From Octopus sinensis (Eukaryota), in the NCBI RefSeq assembly GCF_006345805.1, contig NC_042998.1:67642001-67706000 (forward strand): a stretch of DNA of 64,000 nucleotides, written 5' to 3'. The stretch's first letter is position 1. Every line of letters starts with the position of its first letter. This document shows, one piece after another, positions 37,693-50,340 of this stretch. Both the position numbers and the translations under genes were made by a program. The notes beneath the pieces were generated by a model that saw only the letters and a list, made by a program, of their open reading frames with translations, ran no database searches and had not been told where the DNA came from.

Positions 37693-37883
37693 TGGTAATT
37701 TTATATAAGCTTAAAGCTTAAGGCAATCATCGTACAATGAGTAAGGAAAATAGTCTAATAACGGGACATATAAGCCCTCGACAGGGGGCTTTTTTCGAGG
37801 GTTCATATGCCTCTTTATTAGATTTTTCTCCTTAGTCATTGCACGGCGATCGCCATAAGCGTTAAGCTTATATAAAAATACCA
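37693..37883. mobile_element. Foldback MITE (89-bp imperfect arms, 13-nt loop)
   Basis: The left arm TGGTAATTTTATATAAGCTTAAAGCTTAAGGC...AGCCCTCGA pairs with the right arm TCGAGGGTTC...GCCATAAGCGTTAAGCTTATATAAAAATACCA; TSD not resolved. Confidence 0.85.
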
Positions 37884-38096
37884 TTATTATTATTTACAGG
37901 ATTGTAAAAAGGGGGCCGTATAAAAACACCGTTCGCACCGAGAGCATATACATATATATATATATATGTACAAAGAGAGATATATATACATACATACATG
38001 CATGCATACATAGATAGATAGGTATATGTATTAATATATATGTTTATTGATATATACAATATATATATATATATATGTACAAAGAGAGATATATAT

Positions 38097-38131
<35 letters not shown>

Positions 38132-39279
38132 ATATATATATTATATATATATATACAATATATATATATATATATATATGTACGTATGAGAGCGATAGAG
38201 AAAGGCAGAAAGACAGACAAACAGACAGACAGGTTGTAAGGTAAATAAACAGAGTTAGGCTAGAGATGTATATGTTGATTTGTACTATAAGAAGAAATAT
38301 AGACTACAGACTAAAGAAAAGAGGAAACAATAGGACAGATTTATCTTAATTCTCATTTTGACAGCTGTTTCAATCCAGCCATAACTTATGTGATAATCAA
38401 ATTCATATGCAATTTGGGCATGATATCAAACTGTTTTTACCCTGCGACAAGTCAGGATGAAATTATTAAAGTGAGTTAGGTATATTTTATCCCTTTTTAA
38501 AAATTTTATACCCAGCTCCAGACATCATGAACACATTGCATATGAATATGGTTAGTATCTAAGTTATGACCATCTTCCAACAGCTGTCATGATAATCTAC
38601 ATAATACTTCTGCGCGTTTGTTTTCTATGATCCAAAATATGTATTTTGTGCCCTCCATGTAAATATACGTCTCACTACCGGTGGTTCTTTGTATTCCATG
38701 TTAATTGCTTATGTACATTGCATGAGCAGAGGTGTGTTTAACTAAATATTAGTAGTTAAAGTTTATTATTATTAGCTCTAACTCTAGAGGACATTTCATG
38801 CTATAAATTGAAATTTTTGAACTAAAAAAATATTGGCTGTTTTGAAAATGTTTTTTTCTTTTGTATTTCCAATTCATTTCATTCATTCATATTTCATACA
38901 TATTCACATTTTATACTATAGTTTCAAAATAACTAAAATATTTATTATTGCGATTGAACAGAAAAGAATAAATATGCTTTTCTTCAGCGATCACCATTTG
39001 GGACTTTTCGAAACATTTATCATAATCTCCAATTAATTCACATATGAAGAAAATTCAAATACTATATTTTATGTTAACTTCTAAAACACCTGCCAAACCC
39101 CAAAAGTATAAATAAAAAATTTGGCACTTAATTGGTTAAGCCTATTTTTGTTTACCTCAATAACATTTCGATAAAGATTCTTCATATATCTGAATTCCGC
39201 CGGTCCTGAATTACACGCTGGAGTTGAAGTACCCATCTATTTGGGAAATACTAAACTGATTTTGCTGATATAAAACTGG

Positions 39280-39555
39280 GACTCCGAAGGTTATGACGGT
39301 GATCATTTCAGTTGATCCGATCAACGGAGCAGCCTGCTCGTGAAATGAACGTACAAATGGCTGAGCACTCTGCAGACACTCTTAACAGAATGTGAAAAGA
39401 CCATTTTTTACAATTACAGGTAAAACTAATTTTTGCTAGTTTAGCAAACGAGGGAAACGTGAAATAAAGTGTCTTGCTCAAGGATTTCTGATCTTCCGAA
39501 CTCACAATCTACAATAGAGAGCTGATTACCCTACACATTTAGCCACGCACCTTCT
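39280..39555 (-). mobile_element. SINE with family C-type head and family D-type tail
   Basis: Minus strand has CCTTGAGCAAGACACTTTATTTCAC near the head and GTGCTCAGCCATTTGTACGTTCATTTCACGAGCAGGCTGCTCCGTTGATCGGATCAACTG in the tail; the tail is shared with 57896-58060. Confidence 0.8.
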
Positions 39556-39759
39556 CATATATGTATGTATGTGTGTATGTGAGTGTGCGCGTGTGGGGGT
39601 TAATTTATGTGTGTGTGTGTGTGTGCATATATATATATATGTGTGTGTGTATGTGTGTGTGTGTGTTTGTGTGTGCATGTATTTGCATAAGTATATAAGC
39701 ATATACTGAATTGTGTTGAGCATTATGTCTTGGAAAGTATATCAATATTCGTCAGCCAT

Positions 39760-39945
39760 ACGCGCAGCTGCTGCATCTAATTATACCACTGCTGCTGCTT
39801 CTCCTCCTGCAACTACTACTACAGCAACAACATCAATTGCTGAGACAGGCTGCTGCGGTTGCTACGATTGCTGCGGTTGCTACGATTGCTGCGGTTGCTG
39901 CGATTGCTGCGGCTGCTGCCTCAGTTACGATTGCTACTACTATCT
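39760..39945. repeat. (GCT)/(ACT)-rich tract with 18-bp minisatellite TGCTGCGGTTGCTACGAT x ~3.8
   Basis: Units at 39851, 39869, 39887 and 39905 (partial). Confidence 0.9.
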
Positions 39946-41249
39946 TTAATATGAGTTTACGTTTATTTCTAGATTCAGAATGAAATACTTCTCTATTAAA
40001 AAAAAAATCACGTTTGATTGAATAATTTCTTGTTTCGCTATCCATCTCCACATGAAACAATTGATCTTCAAATCAATTGTCTGTAAATAATGTGAAGAGG
40101 TCAAACGTGAAAGAAACCTGAGAAAATTACAGCGGAACTGCTTCAGATTAAAATAATTACACAGTAAAATGCATCTGGAAGATTATTTCTGTGGATCACA
40201 AAGTACGAAATTACGTAAAACAGATACTTCCCTATTTTTCTCTTCTTTCTTGTGTGAGACAAGATTTATTTTCATCCAAAGTTCTGATTCTTTGAAGTTA
40301 CATAACAGTTATGACCACTCGGTATTTGAAGAAATTATTGAATGTCTTTCATTCTTTTTCTTTCGTTTATTGTTCTCTTTTCTCTTTTTTATTCTACAGT
40401 AAAATTTGTGTCATTACTCAATTCCAACCATAATATTTTTTCACTCAATGAGCTAAATCTCTGCATGAGAAATTTTATTTTACAATTTTATTCAATATTC
40501 TTCTGGTATTATTTCCAGTTCAATCAATTTGATCACTGACCCAATAAAAAAAAATCATTAATATTGAACATAAACCTAAATTACCCATTACACCAACTGC
40601 ATTGAGTCTGTGAAAAGGACAATCTGGAGTGGATTCAAATGTATTTTCGTCACACTTTTAAGACCTAGAAGAGACGAGTAAAATGATTGTCAACATTAAG
40701 GATGTAGCTAGCACTATATACATAGTATTATAAATATAAATGAAAATCTGTAGAAATCTTTATTTAGTGGCCAATACTATACCTCCATAGAAGCAAAGTT
40801 AATTAGACAAGATTTTGGATATATTTCGTGATAGAAGCAAATTAACAGAGCTATTGAACCCTTTCTTTGACTCAGCGTGAATCACAATTATCTCTGGACT
40901 TTGGAGGTAGTGATGGAGCCTTCACATGGTCGCATGGCTTGCTAGAATAAGCAACTAAACCTTTTATGAATTTCACTTTCACCTTTAGATAAAAACTCGA
41001 TAATCCAGCGGAATACATTCAACTGCCTGAGAACGAGTTCTGGAACATCAAAATTTGCTTTGGTCAGATGGTACTTCAAGATGAACCATACCACTTGTGA
41101 ATGTGGAGAAGAAACTATTTTATGGAGAAGTGTCTTGTCTTCTCTCTACTACCCAATCTCTGTCGCAGAAAAGAAATTACAGAGTTCAATTAAAAATGGG
41201 AATAGCCGTGAAGTGAAAAAGCTCGCTTTAGAGTTCAGTTTCATTGTAC

Positions 41250-41610
41250 GGTACCGGCAGCATGTGCATTCTATAATAGCTCCGGGCCGAACAATGTTCT
41301 GCGAGTGAACTTGGTAGATAGAAATTGTATGGAAGACTATCGCATGTTATGTGTATGTATATATGAGTGTTTGTGTGTGTGCGCGTGCGTGCATGTGTGT
41401 GTTTGTTTGCCTTACCTCTTGGCAACTCTTGTCGGTTTATTTACCTCTCCGTAACATTAGCAGTTCAGCAAAAGAGACCAATAAAATAAGTACTGGACTC
41501 AAACGATAAGTACGAGGGTTGACTTAATTCAACTAAAATATTCAAGTCCGTACCCCAGAATGGTCTCTTTCCAATAACTAGAACAAACAAGTAAAGCATA
41601 AAAAGATATA
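41250..41610 (+). mobile_element. SINE family A, old diverged copy
   Basis: CCGGGCCGAACAATG...TTGGTAGATAGAAA, TG spacer, CCGTAACATTAGCAGTTCAGCAAAAGAGACCAATAAAATAAGTAC. Confidence 0.75.
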
Positions 41611-43089
41611 ACCATTACGCTTTGAAGAATCTATAGAAGCCAGGAATGTACTGGCTAGATCTGATCAATGCTATAGCAACAAGCGCCAAGCGGATAATTC
41701 AAAACTTACATATCCGGCTGTTTCAAATATGCAAAATGAATATTTCAGTTTTTTTCTTCTTTTCCACATATACTAATATGTTTAATACTCGAAATTGCCA
41801 AAATCAATAAAACGCACCAGCGTTAAAAGCTTTCCTCAAGTTAAACATCTCATTTAAATCTATTACTCAATGGATAATATAATCCATATTATAAGAAATT
41901 TACAATAAAATATTGATGGCCATTGCTAATGTGTAGAATTGTATTTCGATGAAAGCAAGACAATAGTAAATTTAATATTTCATTCTATTATACGGCGCCA
42001 AGCAAAATCTGAAAGAAAAGACATAATTATTTTATTGGTGGACAAGAGCGAAAATAAATATTAACGCACCAATCTGACTACATATATTTTCAACAATAAA
42101 AAATGATATGCGATAAACGAGTGAGAGAGATAATATCTCGTATAAATCTTTAATGTCCTAATAGAATTATAATATTAATAAATGTTAGCTACCTGGATAC
42201 AAATAACAATCAAATTACTTTTAATGCAAAGCAAATAACATAAAGAAAAAAAATGCAACTGAGAGTACGCGAAATATACAAATCCATTAAGTTCATGGCA
42301 TTATTTCTATTGTTAATATTATTTCATAGCAAATAAATGGTGAAGACGATGGCTGCTGTGTCTTTTCCGACACAAAGAGGCTTAGGAACAGTTCTCATCC
42401 GCATTTTCTGTAATGTTAAAACGATGAGTGTTGAGTAAACACTTGTCTTTCAGCAGTTATTTCCCTTATCCCGAGGATGCATACCATATTGTTCCAATCT
42501 TACAATCCCTTCTAAATGTTGTGTGCTAGTCTACTGCTCAACACTTACTAAAGCAATGTTTCACCTAACTGCGCATAGAGCGCTTAGGCAAAGAGAACAG
42601 CAAATGAAATTAACCTTATTCTATACATTAACTTGATTTGTCAATCTTATAAAACACCAGATATTCTTACATCCCAGCCACTGATAACAGTAGAATACTG
42701 CCCCTCACTTCAGCATTTAATAGATGTAATGGTGGACTTAGGAGCACAAATATTTCCTTAGCGGAATAGGACAGGCAGGAAATAAGCCTTCATTGGTTTA
42801 TAAATTTTCACACTCATTTTGTTACCAGTTCTGTTGGTTAAATTGCCACCATAAAAATTGAATCTCCCTTAAATTTGATTCTAAATGTAATTAGAATTAA
42901 GATTGATTTTAAGTTTCATGATTTGTAATTGATAAAAAAAACTCTTTTGTTTTAAAAATTGAATGATAACCTTACATGTTAGTAACTGACTACCCCTGCA
43001 AAAGAAACTTAAACCATATACAATTACTATCATAATTTCTGGTTGGTCAAATGAATTGGGGGGGCCTTCATTCTTTAATGATTTTAGGG

Positions 43090-43361
43090 GTGACCATGTG
43101 TTAAGAAGCTAGCTTCCCAACCATACGTTTCCGGATTTTTCTACTACAGTTTGTCCCCTACCATCACTTGGCAACAGGTGTTCGTGTGTTTGTGGTCCCC
43201 GTAACTTAGCGGTTTTGCAAAGTGACCGATAGAATAAATACCAGGTTTGTAGGAAAATATGAACTGGTGTCGATTCATTCGGCTAAAAATGCTTCAAGGC
43301 GGTTCCACAGCATGGCCACTGCGCAATGCCTGAAACAAGAAAAGCATGAAGGTAAAAGATA
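43090..43361 (+). mobile_element. SINE family A with internal deletion (no spacer)
   Basis: TAAGAAGCTAGCTTCCCAACCA head joined to TTTGTCCCCTACCATCACTTG body and AAGGCGGTTCCACAGCATGGCC tail. Confidence 0.85.
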
Positions 43362-43859
43362 CACTGACATAAAACGGACAGGATTTCTGCCCACAGAAAT
43401 AATAGAAACAATAGAGGACATTCAGTCTCATTCGGGTTTGCAGAATATCATATACGAATCCAAGCATCAAAATTTGAAACTGATGGAATCATAATCATTA
43501 ATAATAATTTCCTATTTTGATAAATCACGATACTTTTAGCGCGAACGTGTATAGTTCTTGGAAACGAACACGTATTAGTTTTCTGTATAGGCTGATCTGT
43601 ATAGATAGAACACATTTGGTAACGGCATTATCTGCACTAGAATTTCAAAGAATGATATTGAATATTACTAGGAATTTATGTCAGCACTCTAGATATTTGC
43701 TTCAATAGATTCTATGAAGCATTGAAATGCTAAGTGAACGAAACACGAACATTTACTCATGTAATATCATTTTAAATGTTTATTGCGTATATTTGTGAAC
43801 AGTTATATTGACGCGTGTGTGTATGTATACACAGTCAAACACACACACACACACACACA

Positions 43860-43904
<45 letters not shown>

Positions 43905-43906
43905 TA

Positions 43907-43938
<32 letters not shown>

Positions 43939-45964
43939 TCTATTGGATCGACAATGCAAAGATGCAATGATGCAATGATTGTGCTGATTCTAAGGGAAGA
44001 TGAAAGTAAACCAGTAAAGGATTTGAATTCAAAATTGTGTGAGCCAAAATCCATGAGCCTACCATTTAATGTACTTTCATTTATTTAGTTACTTGTATAA
44101 AATAATTAAGGTGTATTAAATATAAATTCCAAGAAAATAAAACATGCAAATTTTTTTTTACATCAATACCAAAATAATCCTAAGGCTATGAACTGACGTC
44201 TTAGGTTCGGTGAAAGTAATATGTTTGATTCTTGATAGATAGATAGATATCTGTAAATTAGCATTCGTAATCGGCATAAGTAAGAAACCAGTTGGACAGC
44301 AGTCTCGTTTCACAATGCAACACAGCAAGACAGATATTTATCTGTTTCACTTTATCCAGTAAGACAGGCGCCTAAAGGTAAAAGAAATTTCATCTATGCA
44401 AAACTTTTCAAAGTTTAAAACTTTGCATAAAAGTTAGTTTTCTCTAATAAACGTTTTCTAGTGAATTAGAGTTTTCTACTGCTACACCCACTTACATACA
44501 TCGATACTTTGATCAGTTATGTTGGTTTATAAACGACTGTTTGGTCGTGTCAGAACTTTTGCTATTTTTCTTGTACTAGAAAAAAAATTAAAAAGAAAAC
44601 AAGAATAATTAACACAAATTACAACAAAAAACACTTAAAGGAAGCAGTTACGCCGGACAAGAACTGACAAAGATAGAATGGAAGCGAGTTTATAATAAAA
44701 ATAAAATTCACCACAATTTGCGAAAAAATGACTAATAGCTGACATCTGTTATTATTTTTTATTATTATTCAATATAAAAGAAAACGCACGCACACGCGCT
44801 AATATGAATCCAGATTAGTTTAATAGGGAATATTTTTCCTAAAATAGAATTTTTATGCGATTCTTTTCATGCAAGTGAAAACAAGACTTCAGTATCTTAT
44901 AACTCTATGTATAAAAATACTCCTTTCTTTGAATATGCTCTTAGTATTATATTATTTACGAGAATTAGAAAAATACAAAAGATATATTGTTACGACTGAC
45001 ATTAGAATGATAGACGAGATATATTGTTGTTCATAATAAATAACTGTGGCGAACACTTCGTAAAGCAGAGTCAAACATTCGGCCAACTGATCTTGCAACC
45101 CTGTTTCCGTTCCAACGAGTAATTTTTTTTCTAAGTTAATCATATGTGAAGGGCCAGACTTGGTAATTTTAAAAACATTCTTTGACTTCGGATTTTGCAA
45201 CCCAGTTTCCGTTTCAGCGTATAAACTATTTTCTTTGTTTTGTTTGTTTGTTTATCATAGGTTAAGGGCCAGACTTGGCAATTTTAAAAGCATTCCTTGG
45301 CTGCGGATATTGATATGGTTGCTGTTGCATTTCAATATCTGTGTTTAGACGAAAAAGTTGATAAAAAATAAGTTAAAGTGTGAACGTGTAATATCATTGA
45401 ATCACTCTAACGATGAAGTGTTGTGTCCAAAGTGTCAGGTTCCTCTCTTCCCCGGACATAATGTTTAGTCCTCTTCTTGTGGGATTCATATAATTATTTG
45501 CTGCCTAGAACACTACTAGAACTCTCGAATTATTCATTTTATTACTTACATGTCGAATGTATTCTGCAGTATATCAACGTATTTTGTAATTAATTATATT
45601 AATTTTATAAATAAATATAATTAGAATTGACATACTAAACTTAATTTAAAATGTAATAGGTAAAATGTATATCATGGTGCTAAATTGAGCTAGTTCCAAT
45701 TTACCCTGCAAAGGTATGTGAGTGTATTTATACTCATACATACTAACTGTTTCTTTTAAACTCTTACGTTATTAGCATATTACTGACAGTGGGAGAGAAA
45801 ATAAATGCATTATGGGAACAATTCATCAATTTCTTTCAGTTTTATTCACCCACCTTCCCACCAGGGCACAACCATCACTCCCCAACTCAAATAATAAGTT
45901 AAATTTAAATAATAGTGTCTAATAGTAATATCTAACGATTAATTTATGTTTATTTGCTTGAGGG

Positions 45965-46480
45965 TTAGATTTTATTAATTAACCACTTCAGTTTGTGCTT
46001 ACATTTAATTTTTCTTTCATACTCTGCATTAAGTAGTTTAGTTTTTGCCCATAATATCTCCATGAATTCATCGGTACACAACAAACATAGTCTCTTCCCA
46101 ATTCCATACGTTTTGTTTTTTATTATTATTTCCCACTTAATTTTATATTTAATTCGCTTCAATTTTAAACTCCAGATGTATTTAGTCAAACCTGTCGAGT
46201 TCATTAATTTCTTATTTCTAATGAATTTTTTAATGTGCTACTCGTTGTTTATTCGATGTCGAACCAATATATGTTCTATCTGAATTTCTTTCAATACTTA
46301 TTATTTATTTCACTTAGTTCATTCTTATCTTCGTTTATAGAAACCACACACTTGTATACTACATCAGTTAAATTACATCTACCTTTAATTTTACAGTGGT
46401 TTTTATCCCTACAATTGCCACCTTTTAAGTCTCTAACCTTATTAGGATACTTATTTAATTTATCATAGTAAAAAATAAAT
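45965..46480 (-). mobile_element. Penelope-like element GIY-YIG endonuclease remnant, second lineage
   Basis: Minus translation GNCRDKNHCKIKGRCNLTDVVYKCVV, frameshift, RTYIGSTSNKQRVAH, frameshift, NSTGLTKYIWSLK...IKWEII...RLCLLCTDEFMEIL...LLN...KCKHKLK. This fits the C.CR...CP..G.C...VVY...YIG.T...ST.LSKYIW.LK...C.LC..E...LLN....CRH PLE pattern. Confidence 0.9.
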
Positions 46481-46567
46481 TTGTAGTCTACAGAGATATA
46501 GAGTAACCCATCATTTTAATGCAAAATTGTGTGTATTTTAACTGATCATGAGAACAAACTTTAATAA

Positions 46568-46613
<46 letters not shown>

Positions 46614-46796
46614 GTAAGCAAATAAATAAAATAGGAAAAACAACAAAATTCAATTAGACATGCACAGTGAATACATTAGAGTGACGCTCAGTGAATGTAT
46701 TAGGTGGGAAAATAGGATAATAGGAGTGAAAAGACGTTTCAGGCATGGCTAGCCAGCTAGCTAGAGAGACAAGCAGACAAACAGTCAGAGAGTCGG

Positions 46797-46798
46797 AC

Positions 46799-46887
<89 letters not shown>

Positions 46888-46895
46888 CAGACAGA
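46797..46895. repeat. (GATA)n microsatellite
   Basis: More than 20 GATA units flanked by GACA variants. Confidence 0.95.
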
Positions 46896-47480
46896 TAAAT
46901 AATATATCTGTTCGTAGTAACATTCTATGCTGGCTAAAAATCTTTAGGTACTTTCTACAGTGCATCATATAGTAACAAAACAAAGTCCTATTAACAAAAC
47001 ACTAATTTACTTATAAACGTGTAAATAGTTTTTTCTGCTATGTGTATTTGCCAAAGGCAGAGTACAATGCATCTAACAGGAAAGAAAAAGTCGGCATTTA
47101 ACCGGTGTTTATCCAATATTGCAATATCTAAACCACCTGCAATTTGTTCTCAGTGCGGTTAAAATAGTATAACGTGAAGTTACTAATTATAACAGCAGCG
47201 TTAAAAATTGATCATTCTTCTGATACTAATTATTTTAGAATTTCTCGATAACGACTTTTTGCATTGACACCGATAACGTAGAACTGCAAATAAATTAGTG
47301 AGTTAGATAGCATTGATAAATACATTAGAAACAAATTATGAAGTTAAACACACGGCGGCAACCACACATGGATAATCTCCTGAGTGCGTCTACATTTATA
47401 CATTGTTACAACCTTTAAATAAAGGTGTTTGTTGTTTTACAAACATAGTCACATGTACACGCAGAAATATGGATACATGC

Positions 47481-47511
<31 letters not shown>

Positions 47512-47547
47512 AATATATATATATATATATATATACACACGTATATA

Positions 47548-47600
<53 letters not shown>

Positions 47601-47746
47601 ACGTATATATATATATATAATATATATATATATAATATATATATTAATCAATATAGGGTGGCAAAAAAAATTCTGTAGAATTCCTTTTGCCACCAGCGGC
47701 CTAGTGGGAAAAAATTAAATAGTCATAGACCATTTTTAAGTTCAAC

Positions 47747-48212
47747 ATCAACAATCAAGGAACGGCCATGATAGGCCATTCACCCACTAGAAATAACAGC
47801 CAAGCTTCAACCGCAAATAAAGATAATTCCGTAAACAGGAAAAATTTAAAAAACATTACCCTGTAATTCTTGTACGATGCACCGTTTCATCTGCTGTTTA
47901 ATGGTAAACTAACCTGATTAAATAAATCAAGCCAATCTTCCATAGGCCCTCAGATTCTTCAGCAAGAAATAGCCATTTCAGCTATTTCTTGCTGAAGAAT
48001 CTGAGGGCCTATGGAAGATTGGCTTGATTTAATTAATCAGGTTAGTTTACCATTAAAACAGCAGATGAACGGTGCGCATCGTACAAGAAATTACAGGGTA
48101 AATGTTTTTTAAATTTTCTCCTGTTTACGGAATTAATCTTTATTTGCGGTTGAAGCTTTGGCTGTTATTTCTAGTGGGTGAATGGCCTATCATGGCCGTT
48201 CCTTGATTGTTG

Positions 48213-48214
<2 letters not shown>
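47747..48214. repeat. Long near-perfect inverted repeat (227/234-bp arms, 7-nt spacer CATTTCA)
   Basis: Left arm 47747-47973 is the reverse complement of 47981-48214 apart from 8 small indels and 1 substitution. Confidence 0.97.
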
Positions 48215-48249
<35 letters not shown>

Positions 48250-48327
48250 TAACATACACACACATACATATATATATTCACACACACACATATATATATA
48301 CACACACACATATATATATACACACAC

Positions 48328-48358
<31 letters not shown>

Positions 48359-48592
48359 TATATATATACATACATACACATATATATACATGTGTGTGTG
48401 TATGTGTGTATGTGTGTGTGTGTGTTTGTGTGTATAATGATGATGTTGAACAAACTTTGAAACCATCGAATATGTTTGGTATTTTACAAACAGAAAGTAA
48501 ATTCCGAAAGCAGTAAGCCTGTCAGCAGAGCAAAGAAATTCTTTCTCTGCTGTCCTTAGAGCTTCACTGCGTTCGAAATTTCCTTTCCTGAC

Positions 48593-49006
48593 GTAGCTGT
48601 GTGATAAGAAGCTTGCTTCCTAACCACATCGTTCTCGGTTCAGGCCCACTGCATGGCACTTTGGGTAATTGTCTTCTACTATAACCTCGGGCCGACCAAA
48701 GTCTTGTGAGTAGATTTGGTAGACGGAAACTGAAAGAAGCCCGTCGTATATATATATATATATATATATGCGTGCGTGTGTGTGCTTATATATATGAGTG
48801 TGTCTGTGTTTGTGTTTTACGCCACATCATCACTTGACATACGATGTTGGTGTGATTACGTCCATGTAACTTAGCAGTTTTGCAATAGAGTCCATTAGAA
48901 TAAGTACCAGGCGTACAAAGAATAAGTCCTGAGGTCGATTTGTTCGACCAAAAAGGAAGTGCTCCTGCATGGCCGTGATCAAATGACAGAAACAAGTAAA
49001 AGAATA
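48593..49006 (+). mobile_element. SINE family A, full length
   Basis: GTAGCTGTGTGATAAGAAGCTTGCTTCC...GAAAGAAGCCCGTCG, TA/TG spacer, tail ...CAAATGACAGAAACAAGTAAAAGA. Confidence 0.95.
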
Positions 49007-49659
49007 TATATTTGTATGTGTTTGTGTGTGTGTTCATATACACACAGCGAGAAAGGTATATATACTGTGATATCTTCATTCAATTTGCTTCAAATGAAGT
49101 GGGCTACTTGCCACTTTAGTACTCAATATGTAATGCTTGTGTAGAACTTAATATTCTTCAGTATATAATGTAACAAAACGATCGTTGCAATATACTATAA
49201 ATACAAGTCTCTGTGTGTATGTGAGTGTGTTCACATATGTTTGTGAATATGTATACACACGCATAAACACATATACGGGAGTATCTGAGTGTGTTTACAT
49301 ATATTTACACATTTTCGTGGATGCATGTTTTCTGCATCGAAGTCTGAGAAGTGGAAAGGCATCCAAATAAATTACACAGAACTTAATGATATATTTTTAA
49401 ACAGCTGGAGTCTCTCATTGCAACGTTGTACATCTTGTGTTTGAAAAAATTTGTAATATTTACCGCCCTCCTGCAAGTATGATATTTAATATCCATTTAT
49501 ATGTAGGGAATATGACATATAAGAAATGCATGTAGAGGCTACAGAGATAAATAGTAAACGAATAAGAGATATATAAACAATCTGTCAGAGACCAAGTAAA
49601 AGTGGTTTTCTTTTTCCTTTTCTTTAATGCTTAGATACCTATATGTAAGCACTCTCCCG

Positions 49660-49900
49660 TCGAAGACTGTGTACGAGCCATCAGCTTTTGTCGAACGACC
49701 GGCACAAATCATTTATTTATAGTGATCAAATGTTCATACCGCACAATAGTCAACTCCCTTCTTCAAATCAATGTTGACTGAACAGGTGCATGATGTACCA
49801 CGCGTGAAATGACGAAGTATTCGCGGAGCAATGTGATATGACGTGTTTTGCTCACAAATATAAGGCACCACCCGATGCAGATCGGAAGTACAACACCACC
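49660..49900 (-). mobile_element. Old SINE, family C-type head
   Basis: GGAGCAATGTGATATGACGTGTTTTGCTCA on + resembles the reverse complement of the TGAGCAAGACACTTTATTTCACGTTGCTCC body. Confidence 0.5.
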
Positions 49901-50044
49901 ACCACATCATGCGCCTTCAAATATATGTATGTATATATATATACACACACACATCCATCTTTGTCTTTTGTTTGTTTCTTTTTGTAAATTCTCACTATCT
50001 ATCTGTCTATCTATCTATCTCTATATATATCTGTGTGTGGATGT

Positions 50045-50340
50045 ACCAATGCCTCAGTGGTTAGGGCAGCGGTCTCGCAGTTGTAGGATCACAGTTTCAA
50101 TTCCCAGACCGGTCGTCGTGAGTGTTTATTGAGGGAAAATACCTCAAGCTCCACGAGACACTGGCAGGGAGTGGTGGCGATTCCTGCTGAATTCTTTCGC
50201 TACAACTTTCTCTCACTCTTTCTTCTGTTGGCCTGCTCGCTTAGCGAGCGGGGTGGTGTCTTTTCAAGGCTAAAACGATGCGAAGCGCATTGTGGCTAGC
50301 GATGTGTAGCAATATCTGATAGTCTGGTCGGTCACGGTGA
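50045..50340 (+). mobile_element. tRNA-derived SINE, family D head with alternative tail
   Basis: GCCTCAGTGGTTAGGGCAGC...GTTTCAATTCCCAGAC head; GAGTGTTTATTGAG...ACAACTTTCTCTCACT body shared with 58090-58228 (-); the tail GCTAAAACGATGCGAAGCGCATTGTG is different. Confidence 0.8.

Noticed and set aside
45440-45495. Hammerhead-like relic downstream of the 45965 PLE
   Set aside because: Both CUGANGA and GAAA boxes are mutated and stem I cannot pair.
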